In this document: in pieces, positions 27,552 through 36,621 of the stretch | Layout of the letters: every line of letters starts with the position of its first letter | Numbering within the stretch: position 1 is the first letter of the stretch | Assembly: GCA_043820875.1 (NCBI GenBank) | Contig: JBDRDI010000028.1 | Location: 1-48,333 of the forward strand | Length of the DNA stretch: 48,333 nt | Source of the DNA: a bacterium | GTDB taxonomy: Bacteria; Patescibacteriota; Patescibacteriia; Patescibacteriales; UBA12075 | Direction of reading: 5' to 3' | Program-made: the position numbers and the translations under genes | The notes under the pieces: generated by a model | The model's database searches: none | The model's input: only the letters and a program-made list of their open reading frames with translations | What the model was told of the DNA's origin: nothing

Positions 27552-28715
27552 TTAACTGAAATAGCACGATAATTTTTTGGCGTACTCTTCTATCGCCATT
27601 TTTTTTATTTTGTGTATTTTTATTATTTTCTTAAGCAACTCCTGATTTGCCTTAGCCCATTGTATTTTTTTTATCAAATCGGGAGCGTCTCCCGGCACGA
27701 ATAAAATACCACCGATTTTGCGCACCAGCTCAGTTATTCCACCGATTCTCGCGGCAATAACGGGGAGATTGACGCTCGCTGCTTCATAAATTACAGTTGG
27801 CGAATTCTCATAACATAAAGACGGAACCATAAGGCAATCTGCCATGCACATCAACTCCTCCACCTCTGACGCGCTTTTTCGGCCATAAAAAAATATTTTA
27901 TTGTTTTGCGCCGCACGCGATTTTATTGATTCTATTTCTGAACCATCGCCGACGATATGCAAATTAAAATCGTCTCTGCTAAGACTATTAAAAGCATCGA
28001 CCAAAAAAGAAACCCCTTTATGGTTCTCAATCTGTCCGACATATAATAGATTAAATATTGTCTTATTCCCCTCTCTCTCTATAATCTCTTTTGTTTCTCT
28101 TAAAATAACCGGATTTGGTAAGACAATACAACCTGAGTTTTTGAAAAATCCCCTTTTTAAATGTTCATCCAAAAGCCACTGCGAAGGTGAAACTACGACA
28201 CGAGGAGAGTCAATCAATAAACTATTAACTTTTGAATATATTTTTGCCAACAAACTGTCAACTCTTTTTTCTTTACCATACATCATCAGTCCTGACGGAT
28301 AAAACAATTGAATATCGTGCAGGGTGTGGATATTTTTTATTTTATTTTTTCTTATAGCGTGTGTGGCCAGTAGGCCCACACCTTTTAAATTATGAGTCAA
28401 CACCAAATCGCATTTTTCTTTTTGCAAAATAGAATTGATTTTAAAATAATTTACGAAATTGAACATATCAAAAACATGCCAAAATAAACGCAAAAAAAGA
28501 GGAATTTTAACCAAATTATAATATTTTGAGTTCAAATAATAAACCTTATTTTTACTGTCAAAACTTTCAACACTCGACGCCCGGCAAGGCTTTGTGGTGA
28601 TAATAATAATCTCGTGCCCAAGTCGACGAAACTCGTCAACAATCAGCTCCACCACTCTCTCACCTCCGCCTCTTGCATAAGGTTTGTATAAATTATTTAT
28701 AATAAGTATTTTCAT
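27552..28715 (-). CDS. GT4 family glycosyltransferase
   Basis: GGGER, HKG and 'ENSPTVIYEA' (EX7E) motifs. Confidence 0.88.
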   Translation of the reverse strand: MKILIINNLYKPYARGGGERVVELIVDEFRRLGHEIIIITTKPCRASSVESFDSKNKVYYLNSKYYNLVKIPLFLRLFWHVFDMFNFVNYFKINSILQKEKCDLVLTHNLKGVGLLATHAIRKNKIKNIHTLHDIQLFYPSGLMMYGKEKRVDSLLAKIYSKVNSLLIDSPRVVVSPSQWLLDEHLKRGFFKNSGCIVLPNPVILRETKEIIEREGNKTIFNLLYVGQIENHKGVSFLVDAFNSLSRDDFNLHIVGDGSEIESIKSRAAQNNKIFFYGRKSASEVEELMCMADCLMVPSLCYENSPTVIYEAASVNLPVIAARIGGITELVRKIGGILFVPGDAPDLIKKIQWAKANQELLKKIIKIHKIKKMAIEEYAKKLSCYFS

Positions 28716-29842
28716 ATAATTTCTGTATATATTTTCTCAAGTTTTTTGCATGTCTTCTTCCAATCATATTTTTCTTCCGTATATTTAATTGCGCTCAGAC
28801 TCATACACTTTCTTAAATCGTCATCTTTCAAAATTGTTTCAATTTTTTCAGCAAGATCGTCAACGTTGCCAGGCTCAACAAACAACCCCTGCTCCCCTTC
28901 TTCAAAAACTTTTCGCACTCCTGGCAAACGGCTCGCGATTACCGGCGCTCCGCAAGACATTGCTTCAACCAAAACAAGACCGAAAGCTTCGCAACTATTG
29001 ATTGATGGCAAAACAAACAAGTCTGAATTCTGATAATATTCGGTAAGTTTTTCGTCGCTTATCCCGCCGACAAAATTTATTTTTTTCACAATCCCCAGCT
29101 TGTTGGCTTGTTTTTTATATTCGTTCTCCAAATCTCCTTTTCCGACGATATTCAATTGCCAATTTTCAATTTTAATTTTTGCCAAAGCTGAAAACAAAAT
29201 ATCCACGCCCTTAAAATAATGCGCCTGATCAAGTGCGCCCACAAATAGAATATTCAACAAAGCTCCCTCTTCAACTTCCATATTTTTCTTTGGAAAAAAT
29301 TTTTTATCATCCCGTCCATATGGCAATTCAACAAATTTTTCTTCATGATTTTCGTAAAATTTTGATATACTACTATGAGCTATGTAGTCAAAATTTGAAC
29401 AAATTATTTTGTCTGCGATTTTTAATAAAGAATTTTTTATTAATACAGACGGCAAGCTAAGCAAGGAAGCGAAAAAAGGAAGTCCCAATGCATCCATCGC
29501 GTATGTCACCACCAATTTCATTTTTCTTCTTTTTATTATCTTTGCCAACCAAACTATTTCCGCGGCGCCAAAAAAAGGATAGTGCAAATGCACAACATCA
29601 AACCCCTCCAGCCTTTTGTACAGGCCGGGTACAAAAGCGCCATTACCAAGTTTAAGCAAGGCATTAAGTCTTATCACCTTAAATCCGTCACTATCGATCT
29701 CTTTTATTTTTTTATCATAGTCGGCAGTAAAAACAACCACTTCGTGTCCAAACAACGACAATTCTCTTGAAAAATAATATGCCACGTTCCCCATACCTCC
29801 TTTATACGGTGGAAAAGCGCAAACAATATGTGCTATCTTCAT
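28712..29842 (-). CDS. GT4 family glycosyltransferase
   Basis: PPYKGGM, FKG and 'EAFGLVLVEAM' motifs; ATGA overlap with the next gene. Confidence 0.9.
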   Translation of the reverse strand: MKIAHIVCAFPPYKGGMGNVAYYFSRELSLFGHEVVVFTADYDKKIKEIDSDGFKVIRLNALLKLGNGAFVPGLYKRLEGFDVVHLHYPFFGAAEIVWLAKIIKRRKMKLVVTYAMDALGLPFFASLLSLPSVLIKNSLLKIADKIICSNFDYIAHSSISKFYENHEEKFVELPYGRDDKKFFPKKNMEVEEGALLNILFVGALDQAHYFKGVDILFSALAKIKIENWQLNIVGKGDLENEYKKQANKLGIVKKINFVGGISDEKLTEYYQNSDLFVLPSINSCEAFGLVLVEAMSCGAPVIASRLPGVRKVFEEGEQGLFVEPGNVDDLAEKIETILKDDDLRKCMSLSAIKYTEEKYDWKKTCKKLEKIYTEII

Positions 29843-29844
29843 AG

Positions 29845-30165
29845 TTATTCTTTTAAACTAATTTCTCTGGTAATTTTTGTAATATCTCTCTCAATTTTTT
29901 CTATATGAATTCTGAGGCGAAAAATAAAATAAAACATTATTACCATCCCAAAATAAAAAAGTACTTCGATGCCTCGAGCTGAAAAACCAAAGACAGCCAC
30001 TGTCCTGTCTATCCATTTAATAAACACAATGGCCAGCGCGGCAAAAATCCAAAACGCGAGCCAAAAAATAAATTCACTTAAAGAGATTTCTTTTTTCTTT
30101 TTTTGCAAAAACAATCTGGATAAGAAAAAAATAATCATTATTAAGGCTATAAATTGTTGAAACAT
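29845..30165 (-). CDS. DUF2304 family membrane protein
   Basis: 3 TMs and C-terminal 'IEKIERDITKITREISL' coiled coil; follows a GT2 gene. Confidence 0.8.
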   Translation of the reverse strand: MFQQFIALIMIIFFLSRLFLQKKKKEISLSEFIFWLAFWIFAALAIVFIKWIDRTVAVFGFSARGIEVLFYFGMVIMFYFIFRLRIHIEKIERDITKITREISLKE

Positions 30166-30213
30166 ATTTTTTCACGCGCAGAACTGTTAAAAAATGATTT
30201 TAACAGCTCGGCT

Positions 30214-30882
30214 TTACTGAATAATTTTTCCAAAAAATAAATCTTTGATAATTTTCGCGCCACCGCGGAAATTTTGTCCGAATTCTTTATATATTACAGT
30301 GACCGGTACTTCTTTTATTTTTAATTTATTTTTATTTGTTTTAAACAATATTTCACTCGCGTGCGCCATTCTGTCTTGATCTATTTTGATATTTTTCGCG
30401 GCCAAACGAGAAAATGCCCTGAACCCACACTGCGGATCCGTAAATTTTGAACCAATAATAATTCTATTAACCAAACGAGCAACGGGCATAATAATATTTT
30501 TTTTAAACCACGGCATGTTGCTTTTTCTGCCCAAAAATCTTGATCCGAAGACGGCGTTATAATCTTCTTCCGCTATCGGACGCACAAGATCTTTAATTTC
30601 TTCGGCTATAAATTGTCCGTCAGCGTCAAAATGCACAATAATATCCGCTCCGTGCCTCAGGGCATATTCATCACCTGTTTGCAATGCGGCTCCTTGTCCG
30701 CGATTAATAATGTGTCTTAAAACCACAACGTTTTGTTTTTTAGCCGATTCATAAGTTTGATCCGAAGAACAGTCATCAACCACAACCACTTTATTTACCA
30801 ACGGCCTCACTAAAACTATCACTTGCGAAATATTTTTTTCTTCATTATACGCCGGAATGACACAAAAAATTTTTTTCTCCAT
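30214..30882 (-). CDS. GT2 glycosyltransferase, polyprenol-phosphate (DPM1-like) type
   Basis: IPAYNEE, VDDCSSD, NRGQGAAL, DADGQF, GSRF and DPQCGFR motifs. Confidence 0.9.
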   Translation of the reverse strand: MEKKIFCVIPAYNEEKNISQVIVLVRPLVNKVVVVDDCSSDQTYESAKKQNVVVLRHIINRGQGAALQTGDEYALRHGADIIVHFDADGQFIAEEIKDLVRPIAEEDYNAVFGSRFLGRKSNMPWFKKNIIMPVARLVNRIIIGSKFTDPQCGFRAFSRLAAKNIKIDQDRMAHASEILFKTNKNKLKIKEVPVTVIYKEFGQNFRGGAKIIKDLFFGKIIQ

Positions 30883-30896
30883 AAAAATACCGCCAA

Positions 30897-31907
30897 CTAT
30901 AAATTAACCAATCCTTTACTCGCCCGTAAATCGTTAATGGTTCTTTCCAATCCTTTTTCCAGCGTCACAATTGGCAACCAGCCCAATTCATTGCGCGCTT
31001 TGGAAATATCGGGCAGACAAAGCGACGTCATAAAAAATTTTTCTTCTGTCTCGTTTATTTTTGATCTTGAACCTATGTATGATATTATTTTATTTGCCAA
31101 ATCTGTCAAGCCGATATCCACATCCGAACCGATGTTGATTGGGCCTGAAACGTCAGACTCCATCATTTTCAACGCGGCATCAACGCAATCACTCACATAA
31201 CAAAAAGAGGAAGAAAAACTCTCTCCGCCGTAAATTATAATATCTTTATTCTCCAACGCGCTGTCAATAAAATCAGGTATCATATGCCCATCGTTAAATT
31301 TCATCCTCGGACCGTAAATTCTAAACAAACGTAATATTTTTGCGTCCAAATTAAAAATATCTTTATAGTTTACAACCATTGTTTCCGCAAACCTCTTGCC
31401 TTCGTCATACGACGATCTGGATGATAAGACGTCAACTTTGCCGAGATCGTCTTCTTTTATTTTTTCATCTTGATTTTTTCTTGGACCATATACGACCGAA
31501 GAAGAAAAATGAATAACTTTTGATTGATATTTAACCGCCATATCTAATATATTTTTTAAACCGACAGAGTTTGCCAAAATCGTTGGAATTCTATTTTCCA
31601 TAAAATTATTCGGAGACGTTGGGCAAGCCAAATTATATATTTCCTGTATGCCCTGAAATTCTATTTTGAATTTTTGCAATTCAGGCAATTTATCAAGTTC
31701 AATCGGCTCCGCAATATCATGTTTTATAAATTCAAAATTCTGCTCAGCCAATAAATGATCTATGTTTTTTTCTTCTCCTGTGGAAAAATTATCAAGACAA
31801 ATTACTTTTGAATCTTTTATTAACTCATCACATAGGTGTGAGCCGATAAAACCGGCTCCACCAGTAACTAAAATATTTTTTTTATCAAAAATTACTTTGT
31901 GGTCCAT
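30897..31907 (-). CDS. NAD-dependent epimerase/dehydratase (UDP-glucuronate decarboxylase-like)
   Basis: TGGAGFIGSHL, LACPTSP, YDEGKR and YGPRM motifs. Confidence 0.85.
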   Translation of the reverse strand: MDHKVIFDKKNILVTGGAGFIGSHLCDELIKDSKVICLDNFSTGEEKNIDHLLAEQNFEFIKHDIAEPIELDKLPELQKFKIEFQGIQEIYNLACPTSPNNFMENRIPTILANSVGLKNILDMAVKYQSKVIHFSSSVVYGPRKNQDEKIKEDDLGKVDVLSSRSSYDEGKRFAETMVVNYKDIFNLDAKILRLFRIYGPRMKFNDGHMIPDFIDSALENKDIIIYGGESFSSSFCYVSDCVDAALKMMESDVSGPINIGSDVDIGLTDLANKIISYIGSRSKINETEEKFFMTSLCLPDISKARNELGWLPIVTLEKGLERTINDLRASKGLVNL

Positions 31908-31927
31908 ATGCTTGTATATTATATTAA

Positions 31928-34186
31928 TTAATAAACTATTCCGGCGACATTCACGCCTTTATTAAAACTTTCCTCATGTGCGTAAAATGAGCCGATCGCC
32001 TTGCCGTCATTTTCAAAAATCATAACGTGCGGTGCTCCGCCGGGACCGGCTCCGGTAATTATCTCATCATATCCATTGCGATTGATATCCGCCGAAGACA
32101 CGCTCACGCCTCCTTGAAATTTTTTATTATAGGCAAAAAAACTATTTTCCATATTGCTGTGGTTGTCAAATATTTTTACTTCAGGATTGGCGCCTTTGCC
32201 GGGCGCGGTAATTATTCTCTCTCTTCTATCTCGCGTACCGCCTCCAAAATTTGCCGTGGCCACGTTTACACCACCGCGAAAATTTTTGTCATAAGCAAAA
32301 AACTGTCCATCCAATTCGCCATTTACTTCAAAAATTCGAACCTGAGGACCGCCACCAAAACCAGCTCCGGTAATTATTTCGTCAACTCCGTCGCCGTCAA
32401 CATCACCGGCGGCCACGTTTACACCACCGCGAAAATTTTTGTCATAAACAAAAAACTCTCCAATCAATCTGCCATTTGCTTCAAAAATTCGAACCTGAGG
32501 ACTTCCTCCACGCCCGGCACCAGCTATTATTTCGTCAACTCCGTCGCCGTCAACATCACCGGCGGCCACGTTTACACCACCGCGAAAATTTTTGTCATAA
32601 GCAAAAAACTGATTCAATAATTCCCCGCTTCTATTAAAAATTCGGACATGCGGTCCGCCACCAAAGCCGGCTCCGGTAATTATTTCGCCTGCCTCGTCTC
32701 CGTCAATATCACCAGTTGCCACAGACGCTCCACCAAAAAAATTATTCCCATAAGCCATAAACTCATTATCGGTATTTCCATTCATCTCAAACGTTAAAAT
32801 TTGGCTTTTTCTTTCACTCATCGGCGCAGTAATTATCCGCGCGCTACGAAAAATTAAATTTTCTTCCGCACCGGACACGGCTTTGGATAAATTTAAACGA
32901 CCAGCGCCCAATTCTCCAACGAAAGAAGGATTAACACGTGAAATATCATCAACATTTTCTTGCAAATATTTTATCACGCCATTTCTGTCCAGACTTGGAT
33001 TTATTTCTGAAACAAGCGCAGCGGCCGCGCTTACCATCGGCACAGCCATTGACGTTCCTGACCAATAACCGTCATAATATCTGTTAAACATATAACCGCT
33101 AACAAATCTTTCAGGCGCGTAAACCGCGAGTCCAAAAATACTTACACCTGGCGCGGAAATATCAATACATTTTTTTCCATATCCGGAAAACACCGCTTTT
33201 TGGTCAAGAGTATCAGTCGCGGCAACGCCAATAATCATATTTTCTCCGTCATTTCCGTCATAGCAAACCGGATACATTGGCCTGTCATCAAGGTTATATC
33301 CACTTTCCATTCCTTGCTCATTGCCAGCAGCGGCAACAATAATTATACCGTTTTGATAAGCTCTCTTTATGGCCTCTTCCAGGCTTTTACTGTACCCCGA
33401 ACCAATAAAACTAAAATTTATAATATCCGCGCCGTTGGCAATCGCATAATCAATCGCCCTAATCACATTCCTTGTATCACCCTCACCTTTATCGTTGAGA
33501 ACTTTAAGGGCCATAATCTGAGCATGCCACGTTACGCCGACAACGCCTTTTTTGTTGTTGCCTTCCGCGGCCGCGACTCCGGCCACAATTGTACCGTGTA
33601 AAATTCCTTCCTGGGTAAATCCTTCTTCAAATTTTGGAGACGGGTCAGGAACATTATTCACAAAATCCCAACCATACGCATCATCAATAAAACCGTTCCT
33701 ATCGTCATCAAAAAAATTGCCCTCTATTTCTTTTTTATTTTTCCAAATATTATTCTGTAAATCCGGATGGGCAATGTCCACCCCAGAGTCAATAATCGCA
33801 ATAACAATATTTCGCGTGTCATTAATCTTATCCCAAGCACGAGCGGCTTTTATTTTTGTCAAATACCATTGATTATCATAAGAAATATCCGAAGGAATGA
33901 TTGTCGCTTTATAAGTATAATTCGGTTCAGCATATTCAACTTCTTGATTCTCTTTATATTTTTCTATCTCGTCAAATAAATTATAATTGCCTACTTCAAT
34001 ATGTTCAACTTCGAGGATATTCTTATATTTAACCAATATTCCATTCGAACTGGACATGACTTCGCCATTGGCGGATAAAATTTTTATTGGAAATAAAAAT
34101 AATATTAAAATTGCTATAACAAGCAAAAATTTTAATCTATATAATAACTTTATTCCAATAAAAAAAGATGCTATTTTTTCATTCAT
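31928..34186 (-). CDS. Secreted S8 subtilisin-like peptidase with C-terminal FG-GAP/VCBS-like repeats
   Basis: Catalytic triad motifs IIDSG, HGT and GTSMA; repeats 'FFAYDKNFRGGVNVAAGDVDGDGVDEII' with a 51-aa period. Confidence 0.9.
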   Translation of the reverse strand: MNEKIASFFIGIKLLYRLKFLLVIAILILFLFPIKILSANGEVMSSSNGILVKYKNILEVEHIEVGNYNLFDEIEKYKENQEVEYAEPNYTYKATIIPSDISYDNQWYLTKIKAARAWDKINDTRNIVIAIIDSGVDIAHPDLQNNIWKNKKEIEGNFFDDDRNGFIDDAYGWDFVNNVPDPSPKFEEGFTQEGILHGTIVAGVAAAEGNNKKGVVGVTWHAQIMALKVLNDKGEGDTRNVIRAIDYAIANGADIINFSFIGSGYSKSLEEAIKRAYQNGIIIVAAAGNEQGMESGYNLDDRPMYPVCYDGNDGENMIIGVAATDTLDQKAVFSGYGKKCIDISAPGVSIFGLAVYAPERFVSGYMFNRYYDGYWSGTSMAVPMVSAAAALVSEINPSLDRNGVIKYLQENVDDISRVNPSFVGELGAGRLNLSKAVSGAEENLIFRSARIITAPMSERKSQILTFEMNGNTDNEFMAYGNNFFGGASVATGDIDGDEAGEIITGAGFGGGPHVRIFNRSGELLNQFFAYDKNFRGGVNVAAGDVDGDGVDEIIAGAGRGGSPQVRIFEANGRLIGEFFVYDKNFRGGVNVAAGDVDGDGVDEIITGAGFGGGPQVRIFEVNGELDGQFFAYDKNFRGGVNVATANFGGGTRDRRERIITAPGKGANPEVKIFDNHSNMENSFFAYNKKFQGGVSVSSADINRNGYDEIITGAGPGGAPHVMIFENDGKAIGSFYAHEESFNKGVNVAGIVY

Positions 34187-34234
34187 AACACCTATATTAT
34201 AACATATCAGCTTTTTTATTGGAAATATCTATTT

Positions 34235-35518
34235 TTATAAACTTTCAATCTCTTTTAACGTTTCAGCGGCACATTTTTCCCAACTGAAATTTTTTACTCT
34301 TTTCCGACCGGCCTCAATGAGTCGTTCTCTCATTTTTTTGTTTAAGATTATTTCCTTTAAAGCATCTGCCATGGAATCTTTATCGCTCTGGTCAAAAAAC
34401 AGCGCAGCGTCCTCGGCCACCTCAACCAAGGAAGGGATATTTGAAGCAACAATAGGCGCTTCGCAAGCCATTGCCTGCAATAAAGGAATACCAAAACCTT
34501 CATAGTTTGAAGGAAATACAAAGGCGTCTGCGCCGGAAAAAAGAAACGACATATCTTCTTCTTCCACCCATCCAGGTATGATTACGTCTTCTTCTAAATC
34601 AAACTCGGCGAGAACGTAATTTACTTCGTCGTAACCAAAACTGGCGTCTCCTGCCAAAACAAGTTTATGAAAAATATTTTTATTATCCTCGCGAAGAAAG
34701 GCAAAAGATTCAATCAAACACGGAATATTTTTCTTTTTTTCAATCCGACCAACATAAAAAATATAAGGTGCCTCAATCCCGTATTTAATAAGTGTTTGGG
34801 ATATTTTATCGACATCATTTTGCTTTTTATACAAATCCTTATTGTATCCGTTATAAACAACTTTTATTTTGTCTTCTTCGGCGTGAAAAAATTCCACCAT
34901 TTCTTTTTTGGAAAAATTTGACACGGTTAAAACTTTACGCGCTTTTTTTAACGCATATTCTGTGGACCAACGCAAATAATCAATGGTGTTGGCTTTATAT
35001 TTTCCAAAAGTAAAAATTTTTACCAATAAATTTATTATAGCTCCGCTTTTTCGTCCCACAGAACCCATTTCCTCTTTTTCATATAGACTATAATCTTTTT
35101 CAAATCCAATATCATGTATGGTAACAATTGATTTTTTTGGATGTATAATCGGCAAAGTGTGCGACGGTACAAATAAAACGTCGGGCGGATGAAGAAGCAT
35201 TTCCAGCGACATCCTTCCCTGCGTCCAAAAAAAACGCCAAGGCCATTTTAAAACCTTGGCTTGAAAATTATTATGCGAACTTTTAATGGTCTGATATCCA
35301 TTCTTATCTACGACATTTTTATTATTAACATTCTTATGCTCAGATGGATCGATGTTCGTCAAATCCAACAAGCCGTCTTTCAACGGCTGGTCAACATATA
35401 AAATATATTTATTTTTTTTGTCCAGTTTTGCCAAGCTCTTAATCAAATAATATCCATACCATTCTGTCCCGGTTTTATGTTCTCTATTGGCCCGACTGGC
35501 ATCAATACCTATAAGCAT
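34235..35518 (-). CDS. GT4 family glycosyltransferase
   Basis: IGIDAS..TGTEWY, GRIEKKKN and 'YEGFGIPLLQAM' motifs. Confidence 0.88.
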   Translation of the reverse strand: MLIGIDASRANREHKTGTEWYGYYLIKSLAKLDKKNKYILYVDQPLKDGLLDLTNIDPSEHKNVNNKNVVDKNGYQTIKSSHNNFQAKVLKWPWRFFWTQGRMSLEMLLHPPDVLFVPSHTLPIIHPKKSIVTIHDIGFEKDYSLYEKEEMGSVGRKSGAIINLLVKIFTFGKYKANTIDYLRWSTEYALKKARKVLTVSNFSKKEMVEFFHAEEDKIKVVYNGYNKDLYKKQNDVDKISQTLIKYGIEAPYIFYVGRIEKKKNIPCLIESFAFLREDNKNIFHKLVLAGDASFGYDEVNYVLAEFDLEEDVIIPGWVEEEDMSFLFSGADAFVFPSNYEGFGIPLLQAMACEAPIVASNIPSLVEVAEDAALFFDQSDKDSMADALKEIILNKKMRERLIEAGRKRVKNFSWEKCAAETLKEIESL

Positions 35519-35529
35519 AAATAATTAAC

Positions 35530-36537
35530 TTATTTTGTTGCCAATATTGATCTTTTATAACTATCCAAATTATCCAATGCGATTCCTGTTCCTTTAGCAA
35601 CACACAAGATGGAATCGTCGGCGACATAGGCCGGCACGCCAGTAGTGCGAGAAAGCAGTTGATCGATATTGCGAAGAAGTGAGCTACCTCCGGAAAGTAC
35701 CATGCCTTTGTCCATAATATCCGCTGATAATTCCGGTGGAGTTTCGTGAAGCACTTTTTTTACGGCCGCAATGATCGCTTCCAATTCATTTTGCAAAGCC
35801 TCTGTCACATCGCTACTGGTAATGGTGATACTGCGTGGCAAACCGGTCAAAATATCACGTCCGCGTATTTCCATGGATAATTTATCTTCTAAATAAAGTG
35901 CTGAGCCGATATTTATTTTTATTTCTTCGGATGTGCGTTCGCCGATGGCTAAATTATATTTTTTTCGGATATATTCTAAAATAGCGGCATCAAATTTATT
36001 TCCGCCAACACGGACAGATGTAGAGGCAACAATTCCACCAAGAGAAATAACAGCCATCTCTGCTGTTCCGCCGCCAATATCAATAATCATATGTCCTGAA
36101 GCCGAACCAATTGGAATATCCGCGCCAATGGCGGCCGCTATAGGTTCTTTTATAATATAGGCTGCCTTTGCGCCGGCAGCGATTGTCGCGTCAATAACCG
36201 CGCGCCTTTCCGTGGAAGATATTCCCGCCGGCACGGCAACCATAACCTCTGGTCTAAAAAGACGCATGCCTCCAAGCGCCTTATTAATAAAATATCGGAG
36301 CATGGCCTCTGTGGTTCTGTAATCCGCGATCACTCCGTCTTTCAAAGGTTTAAGCGCAATAATGGTGTCAGGCGTACGGCCAAGCATATCTTTAGCTTCA
36401 TTGCCAACTGCTAAAACTTTTTTGTCAGTCAACGAAACCGCCACGACAGAAGGCTCATTAATCACAATTCCCCTCTTCGGCAAATGAACCAATGTATAGG
36501 CTGTTCCCAAATCAATTCCAATTCTTTTTATAAACAT
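35530..36537 (-). CDS. mreB: Rod shape-determining protein MreB (start ATG 36537)
   Basis: IGIDLGT, EPSVVA, DIGGGT and LSGGSSLL motifs. Confidence 0.95.
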   Translation of the reverse strand: MFIKRIGIDLGTAYTLVHLPKRGIVINEPSVVAVSLTDKKVLAVGNEAKDMLGRTPDTIIALKPLKDGVIADYRTTEAMLRYFINKALGGMRLFRPEVMVAVPAGISSTERRAVIDATIAAGAKAAYIIKEPIAAAIGADIPIGSASGHMIIDIGGGTAEMAVISLGGIVASTSVRVGGNKFDAAILEYIRKKYNLAIGERTSEEIKINIGSALYLEDKLSMEIRGRDILTGLPRSITITSSDVTEALQNELEAIIAAVKKVLHETPPELSADIMDKGMVLSGGSSLLRNIDQLLSRTTGVPAYVADDSILCVAKGTGIALDNLDSYKRSILATK

Positions 36538-36549
36538 ATGATAAAATAT

Positions 36550-36621
36550 TAAAATTATTTGTATTTTTTTGTTAGGCTGGGTTTTAAAACTCAGCCTAAC
36601 AAAAAAATACAAATAATTTTA
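36550..36621. repeat. 72-bp near-perfect palindrome (one G/T mismatch, no spacer)
   Basis: taaaattatttgtatttttttgttaggctgGgtttt|aaaacTcagcctaacaaaaaaatacaaataatttta. Confidence 0.92.

Noticed and set aside
30181-30209. Small hairpin (CTGTTAAAA/TTTTAACAG) between the GT2 and DUF2304 genes
   Set aside because: The stem is AT-rich and weak with no adjacent U-tract, so no function can be assigned.
32258-32610. Diversity-generating retroelement TR/VR pair
   Set aside because: The repeats are in-frame tandem protein repeats, the differences are not adenine-specific, and there is no reverse transcriptase.
32027-32620. 197-aa plus-strand ORF with repeats
   Set aside because: It is the antisense shadow of the FG-GAP repeats of the S8 protease.
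36538-36612. 25-aa N-terminal extension of MreB
   Set aside because: It is a TTG-started read-through of the palindrome; MreB similarity starts at ATG 36537.
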